Below are positions 63,223-64,000 of a stretch of DNA of 64,000 bases, piece after piece. The notes under the pieces are model-generated. The model saw only the letters and a list, made by a program, of their open reading frames with translations. It was not told where the DNA came from and made no database searches. Numbering within the stretch: position 1 is the first letter of the stretch; every line of letters starts with the position of its first letter. Origin of the DNA: Podarcis pityusensis (lineage: Eukaryota); the NCBI GenBank assembly GCA_964106645.2, contig OZ067039.1; one strand, 5' to 3'. The translations under genes and the position numbers were made by a program.

Positions 63223-64000
63223 ATTGTTATGCTTTATTGTTTTACCTATAAACAGACAACTGAAGGGTGGTATTTTTTTTTAAATGACTAAAATAAAATG
63301 CTCCCGTATGCAAACTGTACTTTTTCCAGATTGTGTTACTGATTCTAATAGCTATTTCCTTTTGTGTACGTTTTGCCTTGGAGGCTGCTCCCAAGGCAGA
63401 GAAAGGAGCATCCAGACCCTAGGTGGAATGGACAAGTCAGTCCAATAAGAGCCAAAAAATTGGGTAGGGAAATCTTGGGTCTCCCCCAGGGTGAACAAAA
63501 ACAAGATTCATAAAAGGGTCACACACAATCTTCAAAATGTAATTTGGAGCCTGTATTTCATATTCTCTTATCTCTACCAAGCAGATGGCCAAGCAGCCCC
63601 AGTGCCCTAAAGCCTGGCTCTGCTGATCTGAAGAGCACCTGAAAGAGGAAAAAGCAAGTCCTAATTGGAATCTCACAGGCCAAGAGGCATCAGCTGCCAC
63701 TTTATCTTCAAGTCCCAGGAGAGCAGTTCTTGTTTTTAGCTTCAGAGGCCATACACATATCCTTGAAGAGGACTGAGCTATTTAAATTAGCTAGAATAGA
63801 TTTGCATGTAAATTAACAAGTCAAAAAAATTACCACACTTATGTCATGGCTGCTATTTAATAATCAAGTTAAAATACATAGTTTTAAAGGAAGGTCACAA
63901 GTGAAGACAACTAAGCCTTTGAAGAAGATGCCAAGTTAGCATCTGCCTGTTTGAGCAAATAAATGACATTCTGAGTTTCCTGTATCCCTAGTACAGTATT

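Noticed and set aside
63578-63638. Exon-like segment on - (ctctttcag|VLFRSAEPGFRALGLLGHLL|gtagag)
   Set aside because: Weak donor and only superficial likeness to the expected preceding RNF123 exon, which probably lies beyond the window.

Overview
Vertebrate genomic DNA. The repeat content (Sauria-type SINE, tRNA/CR1-tail SINE, CR1, L2, Penelope-like and hAT/Tc1 MITEs) points to a squamate, probably a lacertid lizard (inference). The window is the conserved GMPPB-RNF123-AMIGO3 cluster. On +, the last five coding exons of GMPPB lie at 61-2459. On -, the last 18 coding exons of RNF123 (KPC1, RING E3 ligase) run from 62006 down to the stop at 4558; all joined in frame across GT-AG introns when spliced by hand. 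An intronless AMIGO3 ORF (24643-26226, +) is nested antisense in a 30.9-kb RNF123 intron (13156-44017). No CRISPR array, rRNA or bona fide tRNA is present, and I cannot support a wholly new biological system. The best leads are regulatory or mobile: (1) a 33-nt stop-containing ('poison') cassette exon candidate with a YCAY cluster in the giant intron; (2) a recursive-splice-site-like AG|GT junction; (3) a predicted non-coding first exon and spliced 40-aa uORF for AMIGO3; (4) a young Penelope-like insertion with a perfect 55-bp inverted repeat around half a hammerhead-like motif; (5) a Tc1/Tigger MITE that has grown an 8-unit E-box minisatellite; (6) probably overlapping convergent 3' UTRs. All protein and repeat-family identifications are from recall, not database searches.
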